A stretch of DNA of 64,000 nt from Sphingomonadales bacterium (GTDB lineage Bacteria; Pseudomonadota; Alphaproteobacteria; Sphingomonadales; Sphingomonadaceae): the NCBI GenBank assembly GCA_027486415.1, contig JAIXPC010000011.1, positions 43,411-107,410 of the forward strand, read 5' to 3'. The position numbers and the translations under genes were made by a program. A model generated the notes under the pieces. It was not told the origin of the DNA. It ran no database searches and saw nothing but the letters and a program-made list of their open reading frames with translations. Shown in pieces: positions 36,801-44,886 of this stretch; the first letter of the stretch is position 1; each line of letters begins with the position of its first letter.

Positions 36801-36863
36801 CGGTGCGGTGATGCCCGCGACGGCTGCCCCCAACAGCGCGGTGGTGTGACGAGTGACGATCAT
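33843..36863 (-). CDS. TonB-dependent receptor, Oar-like (N-terminal carboxypeptidase-regulatory-like domain)
   Basis: Start ATG 36863 preceded by GGGGAA. Signal peptide; IQVIVVDAASGAPLPGIAVTIANPATGLARTATSDAAGQVRIDGL is a CarboxypepD_reg-like fold. Large barrel ending FGAAVTF. Confidence 0.88.
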   Translation of the reverse strand: MIVTRHTTALLGAAVAGITAPAAAQQAGIQVIVVDAASGAPLPGIAVTIANPATGLARTATSDAAGQVRIDGLTTGSVRVSAAASASHDAADAQSVDLRANFASSITLRLAPVGQTITVSATRSVTGLNTVNAEVSASLGRDQLVALPIEGRDVLGALIRLPNVVASTGFFPEAPSISINGSNGLDSNYLIDGLDNNENFLGGIKFPVPLGFTRTVTVLANSYSVAYGRTANGIVNYTTPSGGNDLHGEAYALVRPGRPLDARSPYPRRDLSGNPVGESFERYQTGFALSGPLVKDKTFFAINYEFTADRNEQIVDAPLLGITDTVTGNNRFHLGSLRLDHRLTDDWTLTLRGNIGRVSIDRPGGGLGGGNATLPSAGSAQQRNSTLIAASVSQAGDDWSYDGAVQYSAFRWNYANAAPGPQVVIRDPSGLTAGIVGNPGYVFDSRETTWQTTHRLGRRLGDHRLRLGVDVITSRFSLFGGGNPDGNFLVDLTGAQRAALRGKGLALTAGDVLALNPVVANYAVELRPQSFGTDQTLLAAYVEDEWQVTPRLTATLGLRWDYDSLTAKGAGAGRGGGDTNNVAPRLALNWRPDARSVVRFGAGLFTGKLSYAVISDALQRNTTSAGLLGQLRQLQARGIIPAGVDPASLTFDGNLTVSPACTSVATCPTPAQVQALRANQTLGEARILSPTGYRSPQSLQLSTGYQYQATQTLSLSVDAIYSRTRNLARLRDLNAPAAFTPNAAALTPANIALLQAAPDNAARAALAQSLGLVRSVAAADANRPVALVPGGARQITVTETAGRSEYMALILQTVKERGDDDYAFRLGYTLSRLKNDTDDINFRAANANDFSTEYGPSANDRRHVISAVTYVYPVDGLTLTVAGLFQSGQPVNLVPDARIFGTQDLNGDGASFGENYVGNSDRYPGAARNSARLPWSATVDIGVRYLLWQRVELSADVFNLFNTNNRSGFANAATTSNQVQFGGGAPFVQRNAGPPRQFQFGAAVTF

Positions 36864-36876
36864 GCGGTTCCCCAAA

Positions 36877-39015
36877 TCAACCCCGGCGCCAGTCATGATA
36901 GCGGCCGACCCATCTCAGCAAGCCCTGCGGCGCATGGGCGCGTTTCCAGGCGCCGGCGGCGAACTTGTTGGCCTCTGCCATGGTCGGATAGGTGTGGATG
37001 GTGCCGAGGATCTTGTTGAGACCAAGGCCGTGCTTCATCGCCAGCACATATTCGGCGATCAGTTCGCCGGCATGATCGGCGACGATGGTGGCGCCGAGAA
37101 CCCTGTCCTTCCCCGGCGGGGTGAGCACTTTCACAAAGCCGGTGGTGGCACTGTCTGCAATGGCGCGATCGAGATCGTGGAGGTGATAGGTCGTCACCTC
37201 GTGGGGGATGTTCTGCGCCTTCGCCTCGTCCTCTGACAGGCCGACGCGCGCGAATTCGGGATCGAGAAAGGTCGTCCACGGGATGACGCGATAATCGGCC
37301 TTGAAGCGGCGGAACTGGCCGAACAGTGCGTTCACCGCGGCATACCAGGCCTGGTGCGAGGCGACGTGGGTGAACTGGTAGGGGCCGGCGACATCCCCGC
37401 AGGCGTAGATATTGGGGTGAAGGGTGGCGAGATAGTCGTCGGTCACCACGGTCCTGTCGGTCTCGATGCCCAGTTCCTCCAGCCCATAGCCGGTGAGGCG
37501 CGGTTTGCGGCCGACGGCGATGATCAGCGCGTCGTAGGGGAGGGCGCGTTCCTGGCCGGCGTGGGAGACGATCAGCGCACCGTTCTCGACCCGCACGGCG
37601 GCGGTATCGGTCAGCACTTCGACGCCGGAGCCGGTGAGCGCGGCGTGGCCGATCCGGGCCACGTCCGCATCTTCGCGCGGCAGCAGGCGCGGGCCTTGTT
37701 CGACCTGTTGCACCTGAGCGCCGAGGCGGGCGAGGGCCTGTGACAGCTCGCAGCCGATGGGCCCGCCGCCGAGCACGATGATCCGCTTGGGGATGGCATC
37801 CAGTTTGGAGAAGGCATCCCACAGCGTGTCGCTGGTGAGGTGATTGTCGGGCGTGAGGCCGGGCAGCGGCGGCACCAGCGGCGCGGCACCGGCGGCGATG
37901 ATGATGCTGCGGGTGGTGAGGCGCTGGACGGTGCCGTCGTGGTGGCTGATCTCGACGGTCCAGGGATCGATGATGCGGGCGTGGCCGAGTGCCATGTCGA
38001 CGCCGAGGCCGGTGTAGCGTTCGACGCTGTCGTTGGGCTCGATGGCGGCGATGATGGCGCGAATGCGGGCCATGACGGCGGGGAAATCCACCTGCGGTTC
38101 GGCGGGTTTCAGGCCATAGCTGTCAGCATGGCGCATCTGGTGGGCGATGCGGGCGGACTTGATGAGCGCCTTGGATGGCACGCAGCCATAGTTGAGGCAG
38201 TCGCCGCCGAGCTTGTGGTTTTCGACGAGGGTGACCTTCGCCTTCACCGTGGCGGCGATATAGGCCGAGACGAGGCCCGCCGCGCCGCCGCCGATGACGA
38301 CAAGGTTGCGATCAAAGCGGCGCGGACGCTGCCAACGCGATTGCACGCGGCGGCGTTTCAGCGCGGCCATCACGGCGCGGCCGATCCACGGCAACAGGCC
38401 GAGCGCGGCAAAGCTGGCGATCAGCGCGGGGGAGGCGATGCCGGACAGGCTGGTGATCTGCGCCAATTGCGTGCCGGCGTTCACATAGACGATGGTGCCC
38501 AGCAGCATCCCGACCTGGCTGACCCAGAAGAAGGTGAGGGTGGGGATGGGGGTGAGGCCCATGACGAGGTTGACGGCGAAGAAGGGGAAGACCGGCACCA
38601 GCCGCAGCGAGAACAGGTAGAAGGCGCCATCCCTCGCGATGCCGGCGTTGATGGCGGCGAGACGGTCGCCAAAGCGGCTCTGCACGACATCGCGCAGCAG
38701 GTGGCGGGAGACGAGGAAGGCGAGCGTTGCGCCGATGGTGGAAGCGAAGGAGACGATGATTGTGCCAAGCGCGACGCCAAACAGCGCGCCGGCCGCCAGC
38801 GTGAGGATGGCGGCGCCGGGGAAGGACAGGGCGGTGAGCGCCACGTAGGCGGCGAAATAGCCGCCGATCACCAGCAGCGGGTTGGCGTCATACAGTGCGG
38901 CGATATTCGCCTGCCGCGATTTCAGCGCATGGAGCGTCAGATACTGGCCAAGGTCGAGCGCGAACCAGGCGATGACGGCGGCGACCAGCAGGGTGATGAT
39001 GACAAGGCGTTTCAT
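36877..39015 (-). CDS. fusion protein: DedA/TVP38-TMEM64 membrane domain + class-I pyridine nucleotide-disulfide oxidoreductase
   Basis: Track ORF 36877..39429 trimmed to ATG 39015 (MKRLVIITLLVAAV...). N-terminal ~230 aa is polytopic and DedA-like. It is followed by VVIGGGAAG, redox disulfide GGDCLNYGCVPSK and C-terminal HTYPTMAE. Confidence 0.85.
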   Translation of the reverse strand: MKRLVIITLLVAAVIAWFALDLGQYLTLHALKSRQANIAALYDANPLLVIGGYFAAYVALTALSFPGAAILTLAAGALFGVALGTIIVSFASTIGATLAFLVSRHLLRDVVQSRFGDRLAAINAGIARDGAFYLFSLRLVPVFPFFAVNLVMGLTPIPTLTFFWVSQVGMLLGTIVYVNAGTQLAQITSLSGIASPALIASFAALGLLPWIGRAVMAALKRRRVQSRWQRPRRFDRNLVVIGGGAAGLVSAYIAATVKAKVTLVENHKLGGDCLNYGCVPSKALIKSARIAHQMRHADSYGLKPAEPQVDFPAVMARIRAIIAAIEPNDSVERYTGLGVDMALGHARIIDPWTVEISHHDGTVQRLTTRSIIIAAGAAPLVPPLPGLTPDNHLTSDTLWDAFSKLDAIPKRIIVLGGGPIGCELSQALARLGAQVQQVEQGPRLLPREDADVARIGHAALTGSGVEVLTDTAAVRVENGALIVSHAGQERALPYDALIIAVGRKPRLTGYGLEELGIETDRTVVTDDYLATLHPNIYACGDVAGPYQFTHVASHQAWYAAVNALFGQFRRFKADYRVIPWTTFLDPEFARVGLSEDEAKAQNIPHEVTTYHLHDLDRAIADSATTGFVKVLTPPGKDRVLGATIVADHAGELIAEYVLAMKHGLGLNKILGTIHTYPTMAEANKFAAGAWKRAHAPQGLLRWVGRYHDWRRG

Positions 39016-39068
39016 GGGTCCGCGCAGCGTGGCCGCAATCGGGCGCCGGTGAAAGGCTGTTCTTTGCC

Positions 39069-40136
39069 TCAGACGCGCTGGCGGCGCATGAAACCGGTGT
39101 CGATGGCGTGTTTCAGCTGCCAGATCAGGCGATTGTGCAAGGCGAAAGGCCCCCATGACAGGATGGCGCGGCGGTCGCCGGTGGACAGGAGATAGAGGGT
39201 GCGTTGGCGCGGCTGATATTCGCGGAGCGTGGCTCCCGACAGGCGGGCGGCAATGTTGGCGGCCAGCACCGGCCCGGCCTTGACGGCATGGACGCCGGAA
39301 CGGGGCAGCGGGCGATCGGTGCGCTGGATGATGTCGCCGGCGGCAAAGATGGTGGGGCTGACGGCAAGCGTGGCATCGACGGCCAGATGGCCGGACACCG
39401 TGGTGGCGAGGCCGGACTGCGCCAGCCATGGCGGCGCGATGCTGCCGGTGGCAAGGATGACGGCGGCAGCGGGGAGGATGGTGCCGTCGTCGAGCCTGAT
39501 GCCATCGGGATGGCCGCTTGCGCTGGTTTCGATGAGGGTGATGCGCCGCTGGATGAGTGCGCGGCGGGCCAGCGCAATGACGGCGGGCGCATGGCCGGCG
39601 AGCAGGGTGCCGGGCGGGGTGACAAGGGTGATGGCGACGTGGGGCAGGGCGGCGCGCGCGGCGCAGGCCAGTTCGAAGCCGCCGGCCCCGCCGCCGACGA
39701 TGGCAATGTCGCCCGGCCTGTCGCGAAAGGCGCGCCAGCCGGCCCTGAAGCGGTCGACCGGGCGGATGGGGAGCAGGCGCGCACCCGTTGCCGCAAACGG
39801 CGCGGTATCGATGCCACCGCCAACCGCCAGCGAGGCGATATCGAAGGCAAGGCGCGTGCTGCCGACATGGACATGGTGGGGATCGAGGCCGGTCACGCTG
39901 GCCAGCACCAGTTCGGTGCCGGCGGCGGCAGCCAGCGGGGCCAGATCGATCATGATATCGGCCTCGTCATACAGGCCGGCCATCCAGCCGGGCAGCATTC
40001 CCGAATAGGCGGTGTGGCGATGGCTGGTGATCAGGATGCGGCGCGTATCGGGCGGCGGTCGCCGCGCCCAGGCCGCCAGCACGCCCAGATGGGCATGGCC
40101 GCCGCCGGCAAGGATGATCGTGCGTTCCGCCATCAT
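39069..40136 (-). CDS. FAD-dependent pyridine nucleotide-disulfide oxidoreductase (NADH-dehydrogenase-like)
   Basis: Start ATG 40136 with GAAGG SD. Two dinucleotide folds (ILAGGGHAH and IAIVGGGAGGFE), plus AAGD. From memory it resembles the family found N-terminal to SelD. Confidence 0.75.
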   Translation of the reverse strand: MMAERTIILAGGGHAHLGVLAAWARRPPPDTRRILITSHRHTAYSGMLPGWMAGLYDEADIMIDLAPLAAAAGTELVLASVTGLDPHHVHVGSTRLAFDIASLAVGGGIDTAPFAATGARLLPIRPVDRFRAGWRAFRDRPGDIAIVGGGAGGFELACAARAALPHVAITLVTPPGTLLAGHAPAVIALARRALIQRRITLIETSASGHPDGIRLDDGTILPAAAVILATGSIAPPWLAQSGLATTVSGHLAVDATLAVSPTIFAAGDIIQRTDRPLPRSGVHAVKAGPVLAANIAARLSGATLREYQPRQRTLYLLSTGDRRAILSWGPFALHNRLIWQLKHAIDTGFMRRQRV

Positions 40137-40199
40137 CCGCCTTCTGGCACAGGCGGGCGCGGTTTGCATCCGGGCGCGGCTCGGCTATGGCCCCCGGCC

Positions 40200-41225
40200 A
40201 TGCCCGCTGTCGTCGCCTTGTCCCCGCCCGCTGCCGAAGATTGGCAGGCGCAGGCGCGTGCCGCGCGGATGACGACGGCAGAGTTGCTGGCCCGCGTCGG
40301 CCTGACCGAGGCCGATTTTCCGGCCGGGGTGATTGCCGATCCGCAATTTCCCGTTTCAGTGCCGCCGCATTTCCTGGCGCAGATCCGCAAGGGCGATCCG
40401 GCCGATCCGCTGCTGCTGCAGGTGCTGGCGCGCGGGGAGGAGGCCTGGCCGCAGCCCGGCCGGCTGACCGATCCGCTGGAAGAGGCCGATTATCGCGCCG
40501 CGCCGGGCCTGCTGAGGAAATATCGCAGCCGGGCGCTGCTGATCGCGTCTGGCGCCTGTGCCGTCCACTGCCGTTACTGTTTCCGCCGCCATTATGATTA
40601 TGGCAGCACCATGCTGACCCGATCGGGCGAGGCCGAGGCGCTGGCGCTCATTGCCGGCGATGCCGCCATTGACGAGGTCATCCTGTCGGGCGGCGATCCC
40701 TTGAGCCTGTCGGATGCGCGGCTGGCGGCGTTGATCGACGCCATCGCGGCCATTGGCCACGTCACCACGCTGCGCATTCACAGCCGCACGCTCGTCGCCA
40801 TTCCGGATCGGGTGACGCCCGCCCTGATCGACCTGCTGTCAGGCACGCGCCTGAACGTCGTCATCGTCATCCACAGCAATCATGCGGGCGAGATTTCCGG
40901 CGACGTGGCGGCGGCGATGCACCGGCTGCGCGGCGCGGGCGTCACCCTGCTGAACCAGTCGGTGCTGCTGGCCGGCGTCAATGATGCGGCCGATACGCTG
41001 GCCGCCCACAGCCGCCGCCTCTTTGCCGCCGGTGTGCTGCCCTATTATCTCCACCTCACCGATCCCGTTGATGGCGCGGCGCATTTCGACGTGGACGAAC
41101 CCCGCGCCCGCGCCATCGAAATGGAACTGCGGGCGATGTTGCCGGGTTATCTTGTGCCCAGGCTGGTGCGTGAAGTGCCGGGCAAGACCAGCAAGACGCC
41201 ATTGTGGGCGCTGCCCGAAGGCTGA
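40200..41225 (+). CDS. epmB: KamA-family radical SAM lysine 2,3-aminomutase-like protein (EpmB-like)
   Basis: Real 3' part of track ORF 39204..41225. EDWQAQ...DPLLLQVL...DPLEE..., SAM cluster CAVHCRYCFRR, GGDPL. Confidence 0.8.
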   Translation: MPAVVALSPPAAEDWQAQARAARMTTAELLARVGLTEADFPAGVIADPQFPVSVPPHFLAQIRKGDPADPLLLQVLARGEEAWPQPGRLTDPLEEADYRAAPGLLRKYRSRALLIASGACAVHCRYCFRRHYDYGSTMLTRSGEAEALALIAGDAAIDEVILSGGDPLSLSDARLAALIDAIAAIGHVTTLRIHSRTLVAIPDRVTPALIDLLSGTRLNVVIVIHSNHAGEISGDVAAAMHRLRGAGVTLLNQSVLLAGVNDAADTLAAHSRRLFAAGVLPYYLHLTDPVDGAAHFDVDEPRARAIEMELRAMLPGYLVPRLVREVPGKTSKTPLWALPEG

Positions 41226-41305
41226 ACGGCGGATAACTGCGTCGTTCAGACTATTCACAGACGAATTGTGCGAATCAGGTCTCCTGACGACGGAGGAGAC
41301 GGACA

Positions 41306-41977
41306 ATGATTATCGGGAAAATCGGGGGCAAGGCCGGGCTGGTACTGCTGGCGATGACAGCGGCGACGCCGGCGCTGGCGGATGATGACTGGCGGGATCG
41401 CCGCACGGCCTCCCCGCGCGAAGTCGCCCGCAGCTGGGACCGGGTGCAGGAAGAACGCCGCGATGTCGCCGAAGCGCGCTGGCGTGGTGATTATCGCGAT
41501 TTCCGCGAGGAGAAGCGGGAACTGCGCCGCGCCGAACGCGAATTCCAGCGCGACCGTGCCGATCTCTATCGCGCCAGCTGGTCTGGTGGCCCGCGCGGCT
41601 GGGACGACGACGACGATGATGATCGCCGCCGCGGGCGTGGCTGGGGCCGTGGCGGCCGGCCGGGCAATGACTGGACGTGGCAGCGCGACGGCTGGAACCG
41701 TCCGGGCTGGCATGCCGAACAATTCTATGTCGATGATCGCCGCTATCGCCCGCGCTTCCTCGGCGCCAACGACCAGATCTGGCGCGGATATGACAACCGC
41801 TATTACTGCCGGCGCAGCGATGGCACCACCGGCCTGATCATCGGCGGCCTTGCTGGCGGCACGCTGGGCAATGTCGTGGCGCCGGGCGGATCAAAACTGC
41901 TGGGCAGCATCATCGGCGGCTCGCTGGGCGCGGTGATCGGCAACAGCGTCGATCGCAACCGGGTGGTCTGCCGCTGA
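41306..41977 (+). CDS. secreted Arg/Asp/Glu/Trp-rich protein with C-terminal glycine-zipper (Gly-zipper 2TM / 17-kDa-antigen-like) domain
   Basis: Signal peptide ending ALADD. Highly charged low-complexity middle containing D7. C-terminal GLIIGGLAGGTLGNVVAPGGSKLLGSIIGGSLGAVIGN. Confidence 0.6.
   Translation: MIIGKIGGKAGLVLLAMTAATPALADDDWRDRRTASPREVARSWDRVQEERRDVAEARWRGDYRDFREEKRELRRAEREFQRDRADLYRASWSGGPRGWDDDDDDDRRRGRGWGRGGRPGNDWTWQRDGWNRPGWHAEQFYVDDRRYRPRFLGANDQIWRGYDNRYYCRRSDGTTGLIIGGLAGGTLGNVVAPGGSKLLGSIIGGSLGAVIGNSVDRNRVVCR
41603..41623 (+). repeat. (GAC)4(GAT)3 trinucleotide run encoding poly-Asp
   Basis: gacgacgacgacgatgatgat within the 41306..41977 CDS. Confidence 0.9.
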
Positions 41978-42009
41978 CCGGCCGGTAACCGACCTGATTG
42001 ACGCACGCG

Positions 42010-42047
42010 ATGGCGTCCATCGGAAATCCCCGATGGACGCCATTTTC
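42010..42047 (+). terminator. rho-independent terminator
   Basis: ATGGCGTCCATCGGaaatccCCGATGGACGCCAT (14-bp perfect stem) followed by TTTT. Confidence 0.85.
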
Positions 42048-42085
42048 ATGTTGGTGTCTGATCAGGTGCAAGAAGGAGGACGGCG

Positions 42086-42577
42086 ATGAGCAAGAAGAAG
42101 CATCAGAAGGCCGGTATCGATCTGGGCATGAGCGAAGAACAGCGCCGCGCGATTGCCGGTGGCCTGTCGCGCCTGCTGGCCGATACCTACACGCTGTATC
42201 TGAAGACCCACAATTTCCACTGGAACGTGACCGGCCCGCAGTTCAATTCGCTGCACCTGATGTTCGAGGGCCAGTACACGGAACTGGCGCTGGCCGTGGA
42301 TCTGATTGCCGAGCGCATCCGCGCGCTGGGCGAGCCGGCGCCGGGCAGCTATTCCGCCTATGCCCGCCTGTCGTCGATTGCCGAAGCCGATGGCGTGCCC
42401 GATGCGACCGAGATGGTCCGCATCCTGGCCAATGATCAGCTGGCCGTGGTCCGCACCGCGCGCAGCATCTTTCCGCTGGCCGACGAAGCGCATGACGAGC
42501 CGACCTGCGACCTGCTCACCCAGCGCATGCAGGTGCATGAAAAGACGGCGTGGATGCTGCGCGCGAACCTGGGCTAG
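42086..42577 (+). CDS. dps: Dps (DNA starvation/stationary phase protection protein)
   Basis: [28 protein letters not shown] ferroxidase-site region. AAGGAGGA SD. Confidence 0.92.
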   Translation: MSKKKHQKAGIDLGMSEEQRRAIAGGLSRLLADTYTLYLKTHNFHWNVTGPQFNSLHLMFEGQYTELALAVDLIAERIRALGEPAPGSYSAYARLSSIAEADGVPDATEMVRILANDQLAVVRTARSIFPLADEAHDEPTCDLLTQRMQVHEKTAWMLRANLG

Positions 42578-43755
42578 GCGCGATCGGGGGGGCGCCGCCG
42601 GGCGAGGACGGCCATCCCGGCCAGCGCAGAGATCACGCTGCCGCCGATGATGCCCAGCTTGGCCGCCGCCTCACGGTCTGTGCCGCTGCCGAACGCCAGT
42701 GCGGCGATGAACAGGCTCATGGTAAAGCCGATGCCGCACAAGAGCGACAGGCCCCAGAGCTGACGCGTGCTGGCATTGGCCGGCATGTCGGCGATGTCGA
42801 GCTTCACCAGCGCCATGATGGCACCGAAGATGCCGAGCTGCTTGCCGATCACCAGCCCGGCCGCGATGCCGAGCACCAGCGGATCGAAGGCGGCATCCAG
42901 CGTCAGCCCGCGCACGTCCACCCCGGCATTGGCAAAGCCGAAGATCGGCACGATGGCAAAGGCGACGACGGGGGCGAGCGCGTGTTCCACCCGCAGCAAC
43001 GGCGAATCCCGGTCTTCCGGCATACCGGGCGTGGTGCGGATCGGCAGGGCCAGCGCGGTGATCACGCCGGCGATGGTGGCGTGGACGCCGCTGGCGTGGA
43101 CGGCGACCCACAGCAATGTGCCGACGATGACATAGGGCCAGATCGGCTGGATGCGGCGGGCATTCAGCAGGGCGAGCAGCGCCGTGAAGGCCCCGGCAGC
43201 AGCCAGCGCCTCGAGATTCACGCCCTTGGTATAGGCCACCGCGATCACCACGATGGCGCCCAGATCGTCGATGACGGCAATGGCGGTGAGCAGCAGTTTC
43301 AGGCTGCCCGGCACGCGCGGGCCAAGCAGGGCCATGACGCCCAGCGCAAAGGCGATGTCGGTCGCCGCCGGGATGGCCCATCCGGCGGCATTGCCGGGCA
43401 CGCTGGCGTTGAAGGCAAGATAGACCAGCGCCGGCACCGCCATGCCGGCGGCCGCGGCCACACCGGGCAGGATGCGGCGCGGCCAGGTCGCCATCTCGCC
43501 ATCGACGAACTCGCGCTTGATCTCGCAGCCGACGAACAGGAAGAACACCGCCATCAGCGCGTCGTTGATCCAGTGCAGCACGCTGAGCGGCCCGACGTGG
43601 GTTTCCAGCGCGGCGAAATACGCCTGCGACAGCGCCGAATTGGCGACGATCATCGCCACCGCTGCCGCCAGCATCAGCACATAGCCGCCGCCGGCCTGGC
43701 TGCTGAGCAGCCGGCGGATCACGGTGAGGCGCAGGCGAGGCACGGGGACGCGCAT
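42574..43755 (-). CDS. nhaA: Na+/H+ antiporter NhaA
   Basis: 393 aa. [22 protein letters not shown] and [15 protein letters not shown] (DD motif). Confidence 0.92.
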   Translation of the reverse strand: MRVPVPRLRLTVIRRLLSSQAGGGYVLMLAAAVAMIVANSALSQAYFAALETHVGPLSVLHWINDALMAVFFLFVGCEIKREFVDGEMATWPRRILPGVAAAAGMAVPALVYLAFNASVPGNAAGWAIPAATDIAFALGVMALLGPRVPGSLKLLLTAIAVIDDLGAIVVIAVAYTKGVNLEALAAAGAFTALLALLNARRIQPIWPYVIVGTLLWVAVHASGVHATIAGVITALALPIRTTPGMPEDRDSPLLRVEHALAPVVAFAIVPIFGFANAGVDVRGLTLDAAFDPLVLGIAAGLVIGKQLGIFGAIMALVKLDIADMPANASTRQLWGLSLLCGIGFTMSLFIAALAFGSGTDREAAAKLGIIGGSVISALAGMAVLARRRPPDRA

Positions 43756-43800
43756 GGCCGAGGGATAACAGCCCGGAGCCGGTGGCGAAACCCAAAGCGG

Positions 43801-44886
43801 TCAGCGCGTGTAGTTGGTCGCCACCCAGTCGCGATAGCTGCCGTCCATCACCGCGCGCCACCAGCCTTCGTTGGCGAGATACCAGGCGAGCGTCTGGGCA
43901 AAGCCTTCATCGAAGCTGCGGGCCGGGGCATAGCCCAGTTCGGCCCGCGCCTTGGTTTCATCGATGGCATAGCGGCGGTCGTGGCCGGGGCGATCGGTGA
44001 CGGTGGTTTTGAGGCTGTTGGACGGCTGGCCCCTTGCGGCCGGCGCATCGGGGAAGCGGGCGGCCAGTGACGGATCGGCCCTGAACGCGGCATCAACGGC
44101 AGCGCACAGCGTGTCGATCACCGTCATGTTGGGCAGCTCGGCGCCGCCGCCGATATTGTAGGTCTCGCCCACGCGGCCCTTGAGCAGGCACGCCTCGATG
44201 CCGCGGCAATGATCCTCGACGTGCAGCCAGTCGCGCACCTGGCCACCGTCGCCATAGATCGGCAGGTTCCGGCCATGCAGGGCGTTGATCAGGAACAGCG
44301 GGATCAGCTTTTCCGGGAATTGATAGGGGCCATAATTGTTGGAACAGTTGCTGGTGGTGACCTGCAGGCCATAGGTGTGGTGCCAGGCGCGCACGAGGTG
44401 ATCGCTGGCCGCCTTGCTCGCCGAATAGGGGCTGTTGGGGGCGTAGGGCGTCGTTTCGCTGAAGGCCGGATCATCGGGGCCAAGCGAGCCGTAAACCTCG
44501 TCGGTCGACACATGGTGGAACCGGTGCGGCGTGCCCGATCCGGCCAGCCAGGTGCGCTGCGCGGCAGTGAGCAGCGACAGCGTGCCGAGGACATTGGTAT
44601 CGACGAAGGCGGCCGGGCCATGGATGGAGCGGTCGACATGGCTTTCGGCGGCAAAGTGCACGATCGTGTCGATCCCGCCTTTCAGAAGGGATTCAACCAG
44701 TTCCGTGTCGCGGATGTCGCCGTGGATGAAGGTGACGCCGTCCAGCCCGTCAAGGTTGGCGCGGTTGCCGGCGTAGGTGAGGGCATCGAGCACGGTGATG
44801 GCGTCATCGGGGTGATGCTGGCGCCAGTAATGCACGAAATTGGCGCCGATGAAGCCGGCACCGCCGGTGACGAGCAGGTGGGTCAT
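43801..44886 (-). CDS. rfbB: dTDP-glucose 4,6-dehydratase
   Basis: Track ORF trimmed to ATG 44886 (MTHLLVTGGAGFIGANF...). Catalytic PYSASKAASD. Confidence 0.93.
   Translation of the reverse strand: MTHLLVTGGAGFIGANFVHYWRQHHPDDAITVLDALTYAGNRANLDGLDGVTFIHGDIRDTELVESLLKGGIDTIVHFAAESHVDRSIHGPAAFVDTNVLGTLSLLTAAQRTWLAGSGTPHRFHHVSTDEVYGSLGPDDPAFSETTPYAPNSPYSASKAASDHLVRAWHHTYGLQVTTSNCSNNYGPYQFPEKLIPLFLINALHGRNLPIYGDGGQVRDWLHVEDHCRGIEACLLKGRVGETYNIGGGAELPNMTVIDTLCAAVDAAFRADPSLAARFPDAPAARGQPSNSLKTTVTDRPGHDRRYAIDETKARAELGYAPARSFDEGFAQTLAWYLANEGWWRAVMDGSYRDWVATNYTR

Noticed and set aside
36877-39429. N-terminal extensions of several track ORFs (36877..39429, 5990..7132, 9047..9907, 47235..48314, 43801..44982, 32590..34062, 21449..23494)
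   Set aside because: The extensions are Pro/Arg-rich and overlap neighbouring genes. Internal starts with SD sequences give proteins that begin at the normal family N-terminus or signal peptide.
40143-40170. TGGCAC...TTTGCA in the epmB/oxidoreductase spacer as a sigma54 promoter
   Set aside because: Spacing between the boxes is 13 nt instead of 5, so the GG and GC dinucleotides are out of register.
31981-40199. Genomic island integrated at tRNA-Val
   Set aside because: There is no integrase and no direct repeat of the tRNA 3' end that I could find. Composition is no different from the flanks.
42574-42577. dps and nhaA convergent genes sharing their stop codons in a CTAG palindrome
   Set aside because: Real but trivial: a 4-nt convergent overlap with no functional implication I can support.
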